A DNA stretch of 49,951 nt from an uncultured Mycoplasmatota bacterium (GCA_945919295.1 CAMEJC010000003.1:1-49951); one strand, 5' to 3'; positions 1 to 9,971 are shown, numbered from the stretch's first letter. The notes: generated from the sequence alone by a model not told the origin. Translations and numbers: made by a program.

Positions 1-315
<315 letters not shown>

Positions 316-388
316 CTAAATTATTTAATTTGATTAACCGCATTATCATGTTTTCAGAGAACTATTAATATATTTTTGTAAAATTATA

Positions 389-492
389 TTGGTGATTATT
401 GCGAAGTGGTTCACCTGTTCCCATCCCGAACACAGAAGTTAAGCACTTCAGCGCCGACGATAGTGGATTCTGCTAAAATAGGACGTTGCCAA
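389..492 (+). rRNA. rrf: 5S rRNA (short, ~104 nt)
   Basis: CACCTGTTCCCATCCCGAACACAGAAGTTAAGC core; terminal helix TTGGTGA/TTGCCAA; lies directly after 23S. Confidence 0.95.
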
Positions 493-592
493 TATTTTTT
501 TTATTTTATAATCTAGAAAAGCAAAACTTTTCTTTTTTTATTTTAATATTTGTATATATTTGACATAAATATAATTTTTTCCGAAATAAGTC

Positions 593-621
593 TTGTAACT
601 ATAAAAAAAATATGTTATACT
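593..621 (+). promoter_or_regulatory. sigmaA-type promoter for the 670 gene
   Basis: TTGTAA, 17-bp spacer, TATACT with TGn extension; SD AAGGAGG before ATG 670. Confidence 0.6.
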
Positions 622-669
622 TACCACAGAATAGATGATAGTCTCTCTATCATGTAAGGAGGAACTCAT

Positions 670-1725
670 ATGAATAAAAATTTTATAGTACAAGATAAAA
701 ACAACAATATACAAAAAAATGCCAATGCTATTATAAAATTTAATTTTGAAAATAAAGATTATTTAATTTATAGTATTGAAGAAAATGAAGAAAATAGACA
801 AATTTTTGTTTCAAAATTAATTTTAAATTCAGAAGGAAAATATTTTATTGATAATATTTTACCTGAAGAAAAGGGAAAATTAAATAATATTGTATACAAC
901 ATTGTAATATTAACACCAACTGAAGCCAAGAAAGGTACAGATGCTTTATCATTAATTAATGGATTATCAGATAAATTCTCTGTTAAATTATCTAATGAAA
1001 TACCAGATTTAGGAGAGCAGGAGTATTTTAGTAATTGTTCTATTGCAATTACAAGTAAAATACTTGTTGAAGATGCTATTAAATTTTATGAGGAAAATTT
1101 AGCTAGTAAAAATATAACCAATCAAGAAGAAGTATCAAATCCAACTTGGACTTTACCGATTGAAAATACTAATCCAGAACCAGTTGTAACTGAATCAGCA
1201 TCAATTGAAAGTAGTCCTATAACTCCAAATATTGAACCAGTTGTTCAAAATATTCCTGTTAATACATTAACAATTAATGATTCCTTAACACCACACGTTC
1301 CAGAAACACAAAACAATACTTTAGAAGGAGTAATTCCTAATTTAAATGAAACTCCAAATATTATTCCTACTGAATTAAATTCAAATAACGTTGTACCTCA
1401 AAGTACAACTATAGAACAACAAGTATCACCACAACTGGCACCAAGTAGCTCTAATCAAGAACCTCAAGTAATTCAATCTAATAATCAACTTGTAGATAAT
1501 TTACCAAATCCACAAATTGATAAACTTGGTGGTAATGTTGCAATTGTTTCAGACCCAAGTCTTGAAAATGTCGGTGTAGCAGTACAACCTAATGTTGGCA
1601 AAATGAAAAAAGCAGGTTTCGCTATTAACAAATATATTATAATAGGTACTGTTTGCTTATTGTTAGCAGTAGCAGTTGTAGTAGTAACTTATATATTAAT
1701 ACAAAAGAAAACTACTGGGGTTTAG
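670..1725 (+). CDS. Hypothetical protein: globular N-terminus, P/N/Q-rich linker, C-terminal membrane anchor
   Basis: 351-aa ORF with strong SD, low-complexity middle and a hydrophobic C-terminal helix followed by KK. Confidence 0.8.
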   Translation: MNKNFIVQDKNNNIQKNANAIIKFNFENKDYLIYSIEENEENRQIFVSKLILNSEGKYFIDNILPEEKGKLNNIVYNIVILTPTEAKKGTDALSLINGLSDKFSVKLSNEIPDLGEQEYFSNCSIAITSKILVEDAIKFYEENLASKNITNQEEVSNPTWTLPIENTNPEPVVTESASIESSPITPNIEPVVQNIPVNTLTINDSLTPHVPETQNNTLEGVIPNLNETPNIIPTELNSNNVVPQSTTIEQQVSPQLAPSSSNQEPQVIQSNNQLVDNLPNPQIDKLGGNVAIVSDPSLENVGVAVQPNVGKMKKAGFAINKYIIIGTVCLLLAVAVVVVTYILIQKKTTGV

Positions 1726-2317
1726 AATAAATACAACCACAGTAATTTTGCCTATAAAGATTATATTTTTGAGATAATAAGATGGATTGTTTATATCCAT
1801 CTTTCTTTTTAAAATCTGAATATAACCAACCAATAGAATATTTATTTTCTAATTCCTTGCCAATTTCATTTATCCATTGAGAATTTTTATATGGACTAAC
1901 AGATAAAGTAGTACAAAAATAATCATAATTATTTTCTTTAGCTATAATAGCTGTCTTCTCCATTCTCATTCGGTAGCAGACTTTACATCTATTTCCTCTT
2001 TCAGGTTCATTTTCAAGTCCTTTAACAAGATCATTATAAATATCATTATCATAATCACAATCCATTATATCTATATTATTTTTAATATTAGATTTAATAT
2101 CATTAATAAGTCTTATCTGTTCATCCTTTCTTTTTAAATATTCATCATAGGGAAAAATATTAGGATTATAGTAGAGTATAGTAATATCAAAATAATCAGT
2201 TAAATAACTAATTACATAACTACTACAAGGTCCACAACAACTGTGGAGTAGTAGTTTTTTCTTTCCACCTAAATTGTTTAAAATATTTTCACACATTTGA
2301 CTATAATTTTCTTTCAT
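1712..2317 (-). CDS. queH: Epoxyqueuosine reductase QueH (DUF208)
   Basis: LLLHSCCGPCS, YYNPNI, RCxxCY, TTLSVSPYK and YRQNYCGC motifs. Confidence 0.93.
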   Translation of the reverse strand: MKENYSQMCENILNNLGGKKKLLLHSCCGPCSSYVISYLTDYFDITILYYNPNIFPYDEYLKRKDEQIRLINDIKSNIKNNIDIMDCDYDNDIYNDLVKGLENEPERGNRCKVCYRMRMEKTAIIAKENNYDYFCTTLSVSPYKNSQWINEIGKELENKYSIGWLYSDFKKKDGYKQSILLSQKYNLYRQNYCGCIYSKPQ

Positions 2318-2432
2318 AGATACTCACCCCAAATAAGTATCTATATTATATCATAATAAAATATTTTTTTCATATAATTTTCTTGAAAAATACATTTCAA
2401 ACTGTTACAATATTAATGGAGGCTATATTACT

Positions 2433-2948
2433 ATGAAAAAAGAAAAAAACATTCCCTTAAAAAACTATATCATACTAGCGGTGGTTCTAATATTATCGAT
2501 TATTTTAGTTATTTATTTTTATATGTGGTATAACGCATATGAAGAAAGTAAATTAAATACCATGATTATGGATAAATACCTTCAAGTAATAAATTATAAC
2601 GAGTTAAATAATTATTTAGTTGAGAACAAAGATGCAGTTATATATTCATCTGTCCTAGAAGATCAAAAGATAAGAGATTTTGAAAAAAAATTTAAAAATA
2701 TAATTATTAAAAATTCATTAAATAATGATATTTTATATTTAGATTTAACAGAAGAACTAAAAGATAAAAATATAACTAAAGATATAAAAGAAACATATAA
2801 TATAAATAATCAAGATATTACTAACACACCATCAATAATGATCTTTAAAGATGGAAATCTATATAGTATTTATAACATTAAAAATAATAATTATAATATT
2901 AATAATTTAGTAGATTATTTAGAGGAAGAAGATATAATAAATGATTAA
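2433..2948 (+). CDS. Membrane-anchored thioredoxin-fold protein without cysteines
   Basis: N-terminal TM; TPSIMIFKDG resembles TPTTIFFNDG of the 4964 thioredoxin; promoter TTGAAA-17-TACAAT at 2383-2411. Confidence 0.6.
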   Translation: MKKEKNIPLKNYIILAVVLILSIILVIYFYMWYNAYEESKLNTMIMDKYLQVINYNELNNYLVENKDAVIYSSVLEDQKIRDFEKKFKNIIIKNSLNNDILYLDLTEELKDKNITKDIKETYNINNQDITNTPSIMIFKDGNLYSIYNIKNNNYNINNLVDYLEEEDIIND

Positions 2949-3444
2949 TATTGTTTTATATGAGCCAGAAATACCAGAAAATACTGGTAATATAATGAGA
3001 ACTTGTGCTGGTACCAATAGTAGACTTCATTTAATCGAACCACTTGGTTTTGCCTTAGACGAAAAAAAAATAAAAAGAAGTGGTGTAAATTATATTGACA
3101 AAGTAAATTATCAAAGATATTTAGATTTTGAAGATTTCCAAAATAGCAATCAAGGAGAATATTATTATTTTACAAGGTATGGAACAAAACCATATAGTGA
3201 AATAGACTTTTCTGATTCAACTAAAAATATTTATTTAATATTTGGTAAAGAAAGTACAGGAATTCCAAAGGAAATACTCCATGATAACTTAGATAAATGT
3301 TACCGAATTCCAACAAGCGAAAATGTAAGAGCATTAAATTTATCTAACTGTGTAGCACTAGTAACTTACGAAGCGTTAAGGCAGCAAAATTTCAATAATT
3401 TGCTTACATATGATCCTTTTAAAGGAAAAGAATATCTAAAATAA
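2941..3444 (+). CDS. trmL: tRNA (cytidine/uridine-34-2'-O)-methyltransferase TrmL (SPOUT)
   Basis: PEIPENTGNIMRTC, HLIEPLGF, FGKESTG and RALNLSN motifs. Confidence 0.93.
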   Translation: MINIVLYEPEIPENTGNIMRTCAGTNSRLHLIEPLGFALDEKKIKRSGVNYIDKVNYQRYLDFEDFQNSNQGEYYYFTRYGTKPYSEIDFSDSTKNIYLIFGKESTGIPKEILHDNLDKCYRIPTSENVRALNLSNCVALVTYEALRQQNFNNLLTYDPFKGKEYLK

Positions 3445-3457
3445 AAAATCAAATTAC

Positions 3458-3496
3458 ATAAACCCTCATTTCCTAGATATTGAAATGAGGGTTTAT
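3458..3496. terminator. Bidirectional intrinsic terminator between convergent genes
   Basis: 15-bp inverted repeat ATAAACCCTCATTTC / GAAATGAGGGTTTAT. Confidence 0.8.
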
Positions 3497-3498
3497 TA

Positions 3499-4155
3499 TT
3501 AATAATCAGTATTATTTATTTTTTTAAACATTACATATGAAACTATAGATAAAATAATTAATATAACAAAAGAAATAATTTTAAAAGTACTAAGACCATT
3601 TTTCTTATTATTTACCTTATCAGATTTTGAAACTATCATATTTATATTAGGATTATTACCTTCCTTCATAACCCAAGTATAAGAATTACCATTAACTTTA
3701 TCAGCATTATTAAGAGTAACTTTATTATCAGTAGTTATATTGACAAATATTTCATCAGTATAATTACAATAAAAATCACCAATAGTCATTAAATAATGAT
3801 AATCATCGTTAATTTCAAATTTAAAATCTTGAAAACACTCAGACAAAATTCTAGAATTATTAATAGTTTGCTCATTATAAGTAAAAGTATAATTATAATC
3901 AATAGAATTCTCATTTTCATTCAATGTCTTATCATATAACAAATTATCATTATCAATAGTAGAAGCTTGGTCAAATTTTATTAACTGATATGCTAGACTA
4001 ATATCCGTTTGATTATCAGTAATTTCAATTTCATTATTTAAAACATTACCAGTGATAGTTTCACGAAAAGAATTATTTTCAATTTTTAAATTATAATTAA
4101 CACTACAACCGGTTAAAAATAAACAGGGCAAAATAAACAATAATATTTTTTTCAT
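3499..4155 (-). CDS. Lipoprotein with additional C-terminal TM helix
   Basis: Lipobox LFLTGC; beta-rich body; hydrophobic C-terminal helix followed by KK. Confidence 0.75.
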   Translation of the reverse strand: MKKILLFILPCLFLTGCSVNYNLKIENNSFRETITGNVLNNEIEITDNQTDISLAYQLIKFDQASTIDNDNLLYDKTLNENENSIDYNYTFTYNEQTINNSRILSECFQDFKFEINDDYHYLMTIGDFYCNYTDEIFVNITTDNKVTLNNADKVNGNSYTWVMKEGNNPNINMIVSKSDKVNNKKNGLSTFKIISFVILIILSIVSYVMFKKINNTDY

Positions 4156-4173
4156 ATGTCATCTTCTTATTAA

Positions 4174-4904
4174 CTAATACCAAGAACCATATCCTAATAT
4201 ACTTTTTGAATTTAAAGGATATTCATTTTTACTTACCTTATGTGAACTATTTCCTTCAATAGTATATACTCTTTGATTACTAGCTTTTTCCACCATTCCA
4301 GTGTGTTCAGCAGCGGAATAAATAGAATTAAAATCCATTTTTTTATTCCAAGTATTATCCCAATCAAAAAATATATAATCACCTTTTTTAGGAGTATAAT
4401 TACCACCGTATTGTTCTGCAGGATGAAACTCCAAATGACTTTGATTTACAAAAAACATTATATTACCCGTTGTTGAAGCATAAGAAGTAAAGCTTCCATT
4501 TTGCGTTATAATATCATCAAAAAGATTGATATTATTAACAGTAGTATGTTTCGATACCCATGTTACAAAAATCGCACACCACCGTACATTATTCATATTT
4601 AAATCTTTACCATATTTATTATTATCATTATCACCTTCAGTAGTACCTACTTCTTTAGTAGCCACACTAACCATCTCATCTGCTAACTTCACATAAATAC
4701 TTCCTGAAGGACTATTATTATTTGAATTTTTCTTTTGTTCTTATTTTCACTATCTCCAGATATAACCGCTTTGCTAAAATCTATAAGTAGTAAAATAATA
4801 AGAATAATAGGAACTATCATAAATACAATATTGATAAGAAGACTAATAAAATATATTACTTTAAGTACTCCTGGATGTTGACATGTCTCTAATAAAAAAT
4901 ACAC
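4174..4904 (-). pseudogene. Pilin-like domain + CHAP amidase/peptidase fusion broken by an apparent internal deletion (fragments 4689-4904 and 4174-4692)
   Basis: 5' part matches the first half of the pilin motif (IVPIILIILLLIDFSKAVISG). 3' part has CHAP motifs WCAIFV, HTGMVE and TIEGNS. The CHAP frame stays open upstream to 4740 with a linker-like EQKKNSNNNSPSGS. Confidence 0.6.
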
Positions 4905-4933
4905 TTTATATCACCTATATTAATTTTACAATA

Positions 4934-4965
4934 AAAAACAGAATCAAATTTCAAATTCTGTTTTT
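4934..4965 (-). terminator. Intrinsic terminator of the thioredoxin gene
   Basis: AAAAACAGAAT / ATTCTGTTTTT inverted repeat at the stop codon. Confidence 0.6.
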
Positions 4966-5404
4966 ATTTAATAAAACCATTCTTTTTTAATTTATTAATA
5001 ATTTTTTCTGTCGATACATCTCCCTCAATTCTAGTAGCGGTAGTTTTTTCCTCTCCGTCGTTAAAGAATATAGTAGTAGGAGTGCTTCCATCAAAACTAA
5101 ATTCTGTTTTAAATCTTTCGTAATTCTCTTCACTAAAAGTATCAACATCAGTATAAAAAATATCTATATTATACTTATTTGCAATAGTTTTCAATTTAGG
5201 TTTATAGTCTTGACAATGTATACAATCACTCGCAGACACACATAAAACAAAACTCTCATTATTATTAACCTTATTAATTACTTCCTCGTAACTTAACGAA
5301 ATAAATTTATCTTTTTCAAAAAATAATTTATAACCAAAAAATAAAATAACCAACAAAACTATTATTCCAAAAATTATATAGTATATCAACTTTTTATTTT
5401 TCAT
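4964..5404 (-). CDS. Membrane-anchored thiol-disulfide oxidoreductase (thioredoxin fold)
   Basis: N-terminal TM, CIHC active site, cis-Pro loop TPTTIFF. Confidence 0.85.
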   Translation of the reverse strand: MKNKKLIYYIIFGIIVLLVILFFGYKLFFEKDKFISLSYEEVINKVNNNESFVLCVSASDCIHCQDYKPKLKTIANKYNIDIFYTDVDTFSEENYERFKTEFSFDGSTPTTIFFNDGEEKTTATRIEGDVSTEKIINKLKKNGFIK

Positions 5405-5421
5405 AATTAATCACCAATATA

Positions 5422-5486
5422 ATAATAGCATTTTTTTAACAAAAATGCAAAAATATCTTCCAAAAGTAGAAAAAAAATGATATAAT
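5422..5486. promoter_or_regulatory. Back-to-back divergent sigmaA promoters (thioredoxin on -, Tad operon on +)
   Basis: Minus: TTGCAT(5450-5445)-17-TATTAT(5427-5422). Plus: TTCCAA(5458-5463)-17-TATAAT(5481-5486). Both have a TGn extension. Confidence 0.6.
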
Positions 5487-5511
5487 TACCTTATGATAGA
5501 GGAGGCTACAT

Positions 5512-6192
5512 ATGAAAAAAAATAAATATCTATTATTTACCATAATGATTTTATTTTTAAACATTTCATATGTAAATGCTGAATGCAGTGATGAAGAACT
5601 TAATCAAATAACAAAAGAAATAGACAAAATAGAAATAACATATAAACATCTAGGAGAAGTAACAAAAGAAGATGGTAGCAAAGTTTATAATGAATTCTTA
5701 GTCACCGCTAAAAATATACCAGAAAACGTATATGTTCATCTAAGTCCTATGACTGAAGAAAATTTTGATGAAACAACAGAAGATTTAAAAATAAAACTAA
5801 CAACTGGTACTTGGTATTACAATATGTATTCATCAAAGTGTGAAACAGTAGTAGATACTATAACCGTCAAATTACCGACTTTTAATATTTATTCTCTAGA
5901 TCCATTATGTGAAGGAATAGATGGTGAAGATTTTAAATATTGTGGCAAATATTATGAATATCAAATAGATAGAGAAACATTTGAAAGAAAAGTAAAAGCC
6001 TATCGAATAGAACATAAAATTGGACAAGAAGATACTACCAAAGTAGAAAAAGAAAATAATTTCTTTCCAAAAATATTAGATATACTTAAAGATAATTATC
6101 TATATATACTAGGTGTACTTGGAGTATTACTTATAATAACAATTATAATAATAATCATATCAAAAAAGAAAAAAAGAAAAATATTACAATAA
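5512..6192 (+). CDS. Exported Cys-containing protein with C-terminal TM anchor
   Basis: Signal peptide ending VNA; four Cys; hydrophobic helix followed by poly-Lys tail. Confidence 0.75.
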   Translation: MKKNKYLLFTIMILFLNISYVNAECSDEELNQITKEIDKIEITYKHLGEVTKEDGSKVYNEFLVTAKNIPENVYVHLSPMTEENFDETTEDLKIKLTTGTWYYNMYSSKCETVVDTITVKLPTFNIYSLDPLCEGIDGEDFKYCGKYYEYQIDRETFERKVKAYRIEHKIGQEDTTKVEKENNFFPKILDILKDNYLYILGVLGVLLIITIIIIIISKKKKRKILQ

Positions 6193-6213
6193 AACTAAAT
6201 AGGAGGAATTAAA

Positions 6214-8154
6214 ATGAAAAAGATAACTATATTATCAATAAAAACAATCTCAATATTCATTATCTCTCTTTTTATCTTAATTCCTAATATTAAAGCTAAA
6301 GAAGTTTGCAGTTCTAAAGGTAATTATCAAGAATGCACAGAATCTATAGATAGCTATTTCTTTATGTTAGAATCAAACAACTGTAGTAATGGTAAATGTA
6401 ATGTTCCTTCAACTACAAATTATACTGCTTATTATATAAATCCAAGAAGTGATGAGATAAAAAAAGGAGAAAAACTTGAATACACAAATATAACACTTCA
6501 AAGTGATCGTTGTTCTAATAATGACTGTATGACGTACTATGATTTTTATACCAATTATTTAAAACTAGATTTAATAACTAATTATACATCTTTAGAAGGA
6601 TTAAAAACAACATTGTCCCCATATCCATCTAAAGAAGGGGCGTCTAAAGTTATAAATTATAAAAAAACTGAATTAGAATGTTCTACTAAAGCATACATAA
6701 ACAACTCTACTACCGAAGAATATTATTTACGAGGTTGCTATTCTGAAAATGAACTAAAACTTAAATCAAATAAATCAGATAATGACGGCATAAGTGAAAG
6801 TAGTAATAACCTGAATAATACAAACTATGACATATATAAACTTTGTGGTCAATCAATTGAAATCCCTTATAATAATGATATTAATAACAAAATTAGCACA
6901 TGTGCAAATAAACTAATAAAAGCAACTGTTCCGGATTTGAGTGCTAACGAAAAAAAGAGCGAAATGACTATAGAAGATAATACTATCTTAACAACAATTG
7001 TAAGAAATGGCCAAAACAATATTATAATTACCCCAAGCAATACTGACGGAAATGAAGTAATAAAACCAAAAACAGGTCTTACAGAAACAAACCAAGTATT
7101 ATCACCTGCTTTATTCAAAACACCATATCATCTAACTACTAACAAATGCCTTCCAGATAAAGGAAATAATATTGAAGAGGCAAGTTGTAATTCTGGAAAT
7201 GATGAAATTATAACAAGTAATTGTGATAAAAAAACAATTTTAATAAATAACGGCGAAAATTCAGCTGATGTTTCAATAAATCAAACTGCCAGTGTTGCCA
7301 ATATATTAACACCTACATCCATCTATCAAGGTGGTGGTTTCCATTATGGATTTATCTATTATAATACAATCAAGTGGGACTATGCTGATACTAACCAAAA
7401 AAATCATCTTACCAATGATGAAAAAGAAGAATTGAAAACAATAATGAAAAACAAATTATTAAGTATTGAAGCTTTTACTGATAAATTAGATGTTCAAGAT
7501 GTCACATTTGGCGGACAAAATCCTAATATAACATTTGTAAAAAAGTGCCAACGTTTTGGAGAGTTTACAGCAGGCAATGAAGTAACAACAATTTGTACAA
7601 TATTCCTTCCTAATTCAACAATTGAAGACTACACAGGAAAAGTTACTTATAATAGTGATATATCCAATAATAATGGAATTAGTAATAAATACTATACGCC
7701 GCTTACTTATAGTGGAACTTATTCTGTATACGCAACTTTAAAGAATTTAAATGTTCTAAATACTACTAATGATAGCCAATTTAAAGATTTTGATTTAACA
7801 TTTGATGATCCAGAATCATGTACAGTAGATGTTTACAATAGATTATATGAAAAAGATTCAACTAATTATAAATTTATCTATAGACCAATAGATCTAAACA
7901 ATCCATTCCCAGATAGAAATGCTGGAGTCAATTGGTATGAATGGTATAGTGAACCTAGTAACAAGAAAAGATTACAAGAAAGTTATTCAAAATTACAATA
8001 TCAAGTTACACTAGATAATCAAACAGTAGCCAAAATTAAAGATTATAATACTAATCATAATTACCTAGAATGGGATAACATAGAAAATGGTGAAAGCAAA
8101 TTTATTGATACATACTTTTCTACTAAAAGAGAGAATCTAGGTGATGGTTCATGA
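6214..8154 (+). CDS. Large secreted Cys-rich protein, candidate Tad-associated adhesin
   Basis: Signal peptide ending IKA; about 16 Cys; N/T/S-rich; ATGA-coupled to the next gene. Confidence 0.7.
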   Translation: MKKITILSIKTISIFIISLFILIPNIKAKEVCSSKGNYQECTESIDSYFFMLESNNCSNGKCNVPSTTNYTAYYINPRSDEIKKGEKLEYTNITLQSDRCSNNDCMTYYDFYTNYLKLDLITNYTSLEGLKTTLSPYPSKEGASKVINYKKTELECSTKAYINNSTTEEYYLRGCYSENELKLKSNKSDNDGISESSNNLNNTNYDIYKLCGQSIEIPYNNDINNKISTCANKLIKATVPDLSANEKKSEMTIEDNTILTTIVRNGQNNIIITPSNTDGNEVIKPKTGLTETNQVLSPALFKTPYHLTTNKCLPDKGNNIEEASCNSGNDEIITSNCDKKTILINNGENSADVSINQTASVANILTPTSIYQGGGFHYGFIYYNTIKWDYADTNQKNHLTNDEKEELKTIMKNKLLSIEAFTDKLDVQDVTFGGQNPNITFVKKCQRFGEFTAGNEVTTICTIFLPNSTIEDYTGKVTYNSDISNNNGISNKYYTPLTYSGTYSVYATLKNLNVLNTTNDSQFKDFDLTFDDPESCTVDVYNRLYEKDSTNYKFIYRPIDLNNPFPDRNAGVNWYEWYSEPSNKKRLQESYSKLQYQVTLDNQTVAKIKDYNTNHNYLEWDNIENGESKFIDTYFSTKRENLGDGS

Positions 8155-9065
8155 AATGGTCATTTACAGGAGTAGGATTAATTGTCTTTGGTTTAATTGG
8201 ATTAACCATTATCATGCTCTTTGAACAAATAACTACTAGTAATGAAAATGATTATTACTTACTAAAAGAAATAACAAATGCTGCGATGGTTGATTCAATA
8301 GATATTGCTTATTATCGTGAAACTGGTGATTTAAAGATAGTAAGAGAAAAATTCGTTGAAAATTTCACAAGAAGATATTCTGAATCAACATTATTTATTG
8401 GAACAAGTTATGTAATTTCCTTTTATGATATTATGGAAGTTCCACCAAAAGTTACAGTATTAATAGATACCGGTCTTGGACAATATCGTATTTTTAATGA
8501 TGTTGATAATTACAATGTTCAAAATACCTTAACAGGAATTTTAGAGTATGTTGGAGAAAAAACCAAAACTACTATCAGTAATATAGAAAATAATGATAAT
8601 GTATATACTACTAAAGAACTCAAAAAAATTTATTATTCAATGCCAAAAGTGAATAATAAAGGTGTAGTAACAGTTAACCAGCCAATAAATCTTCCAAAAG
8701 AATTAGAACAAAGTAATATCAAAATTACTAAATTAGAAATAGAATCAGAAGGAGCTACAAATAAATTAGAAGATATATTAATGGCAAGATTGTTACGCGA
8801 TATTGATTGGGCTAAAGCGTCAAGTGGTGAAATTCCAACTAATTATTATACTGAAATTGATACAAGTGAATATGCAAACCAATGTACCGTGAAGAATATA
8901 GCATACTATGATTGTAATACTGGAAAAGGAACGAAAAAAGATGGCATGTGTACTGAAAAATATAAAGATAAAATTTGGATATATTGGGATGGAACAAGCC
9001 AAATTGACAAAAATCTAGTATTAAAATTAAAGGTAACATTCGCATATGATGAATATGAATATTAA
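8151..9065 (+). CDS. TadE/TadG-like pseudopilin (DUF5411-like N-terminus)
   Basis: Single N-terminal TM then YYLLKEITNAAMVDSID...FVENFTRRY; sits directly upstream of cpaB. Confidence 0.55.
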   Translation: MKWSFTGVGLIVFGLIGLTIIMLFEQITTSNENDYYLLKEITNAAMVDSIDIAYYRETGDLKIVREKFVENFTRRYSESTLFIGTSYVISFYDIMEVPPKVTVLIDTGLGQYRIFNDVDNYNVQNTLTGILEYVGEKTKTTISNIENNDNVYTTKELKKIYYSMPKVNNKGVVTVNQPINLPKELEQSNIKITKLEIESEGATNKLEDILMARLLRDIDWAKASSGEIPTNYYTEIDTSEYANQCTVKNIAYYDCNTGKGTKKDGMCTEKYKDKIWIYWDGTSQIDKNLVLKLKVTFAYDEYEY

Positions 9066-9100
9066 ATTAAGAAGAGTTTAAATAAAAAGGAGGAAAAAAT

Positions 9101-9946
9101 ATGAATAATTTAAAAGCTTCTATGAAGAAATTTCTTGGTAACAAAAATACAGTTACCATATTAGGGGTAATATTATGTTTAGTAATATTATATATTGGTT
9201 ATAATTATCGTATCAACTCTAAAGTTGAATTAGTTCAAGTACCTTATGCTAAAGAGACAATCCAACCAAGGACTTATATCACTCAAAGTATGATTGGTAC
9301 TATGAATGTTCCAAAATCATTTTTGGTAGGTAAATATTATACAAGAACTGAAAATATTGTTGGTAAATATTCAAATTACAATACAATAATTGCAGAAGGT
9401 AGTCTTTTCTACACTGATCTTGTTGTTTCTAAAGAAGATTTACCAGATTCAGCATTTCAAGATGTACCAGAAGGATACACTGTTATTAACTATCCTGTTA
9501 CTTTAGCAAGTACTTATGCTAATTCAATGGCACCAGGTAGTTATATTAATATTTATTATAAATCATTAAATGATAATGGTGAAATAATGTTTGGTAAATT
9601 TATTAGTAATATAAAGGTATTAGATGTAAAAGATTCATCAGGTCAACATGTTTTTGAAAATAGTGAAGAAACAAGAACGCCTGCTTATATGTTATTTGCA
9701 GTTCCTGAAGAAACCCATTTACTTCTTAGAAAAGCTTTATATCTAGATGAATACGATGTTGAATTAATATTAATACCAAATACTGCCACTTTAACAGATG
9801 AAGATAAAAATACTGTTAGAGTAAGTAGTGATGATATTGAAAACTTCATTAATTCAAAAACAGTATTTGTTTCAGTAAATGATTTACCTGAAGTTGAAGA
9901 TAAAGTAAAAGAACAAAATGAAGACAATACTACCAATAATCAATAA
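9101..9946 (+). CDS. cpaB: Flp pilus assembly protein CpaB/RcpC (SAF domain)
   Basis: TM, then SAF-like VPYAKETIQPRTYIT...IVGKYS, then RcpC-like PGSYINI...NIKVLDV; precedes the CpaF ATPase. Confidence 0.8.
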   Translation: MNNLKASMKKFLGNKNTVTILGVILCLVILYIGYNYRINSKVELVQVPYAKETIQPRTYITQSMIGTMNVPKSFLVGKYYTRTENIVGKYSNYNTIIAEGSLFYTDLVVSKEDLPDSAFQDVPEGYTVINYPVTLASTYANSMAPGSYINIYYKSLNDNGEIMFGKFISNIKVLDVKDSSGQHVFENSEETRTPAYMLFAVPEETHLLLRKALYLDEYDVELILIPNTATLTDEDKNTVRVSSDDIENFINSKTVFVSVNDLPEVEDKVKEQNEDNTTNNQ

Positions 9947-9971
9947 AGAATAAAATAAGGAGGGGAAAAGT

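Noticed and set aside
635-653. Hairpin ATGATAG-TCTCT-CTATCAT in the leader of the 670 gene
   Set aside because: Short stem with no U-tract that does not cover the SD; insufficient evidence for a regulatory RNA.
2318-2432. preQ1 riboswitch upstream of queH
   Set aside because: The short AT-rich leader shows no preQ1 stem-loop consensus.
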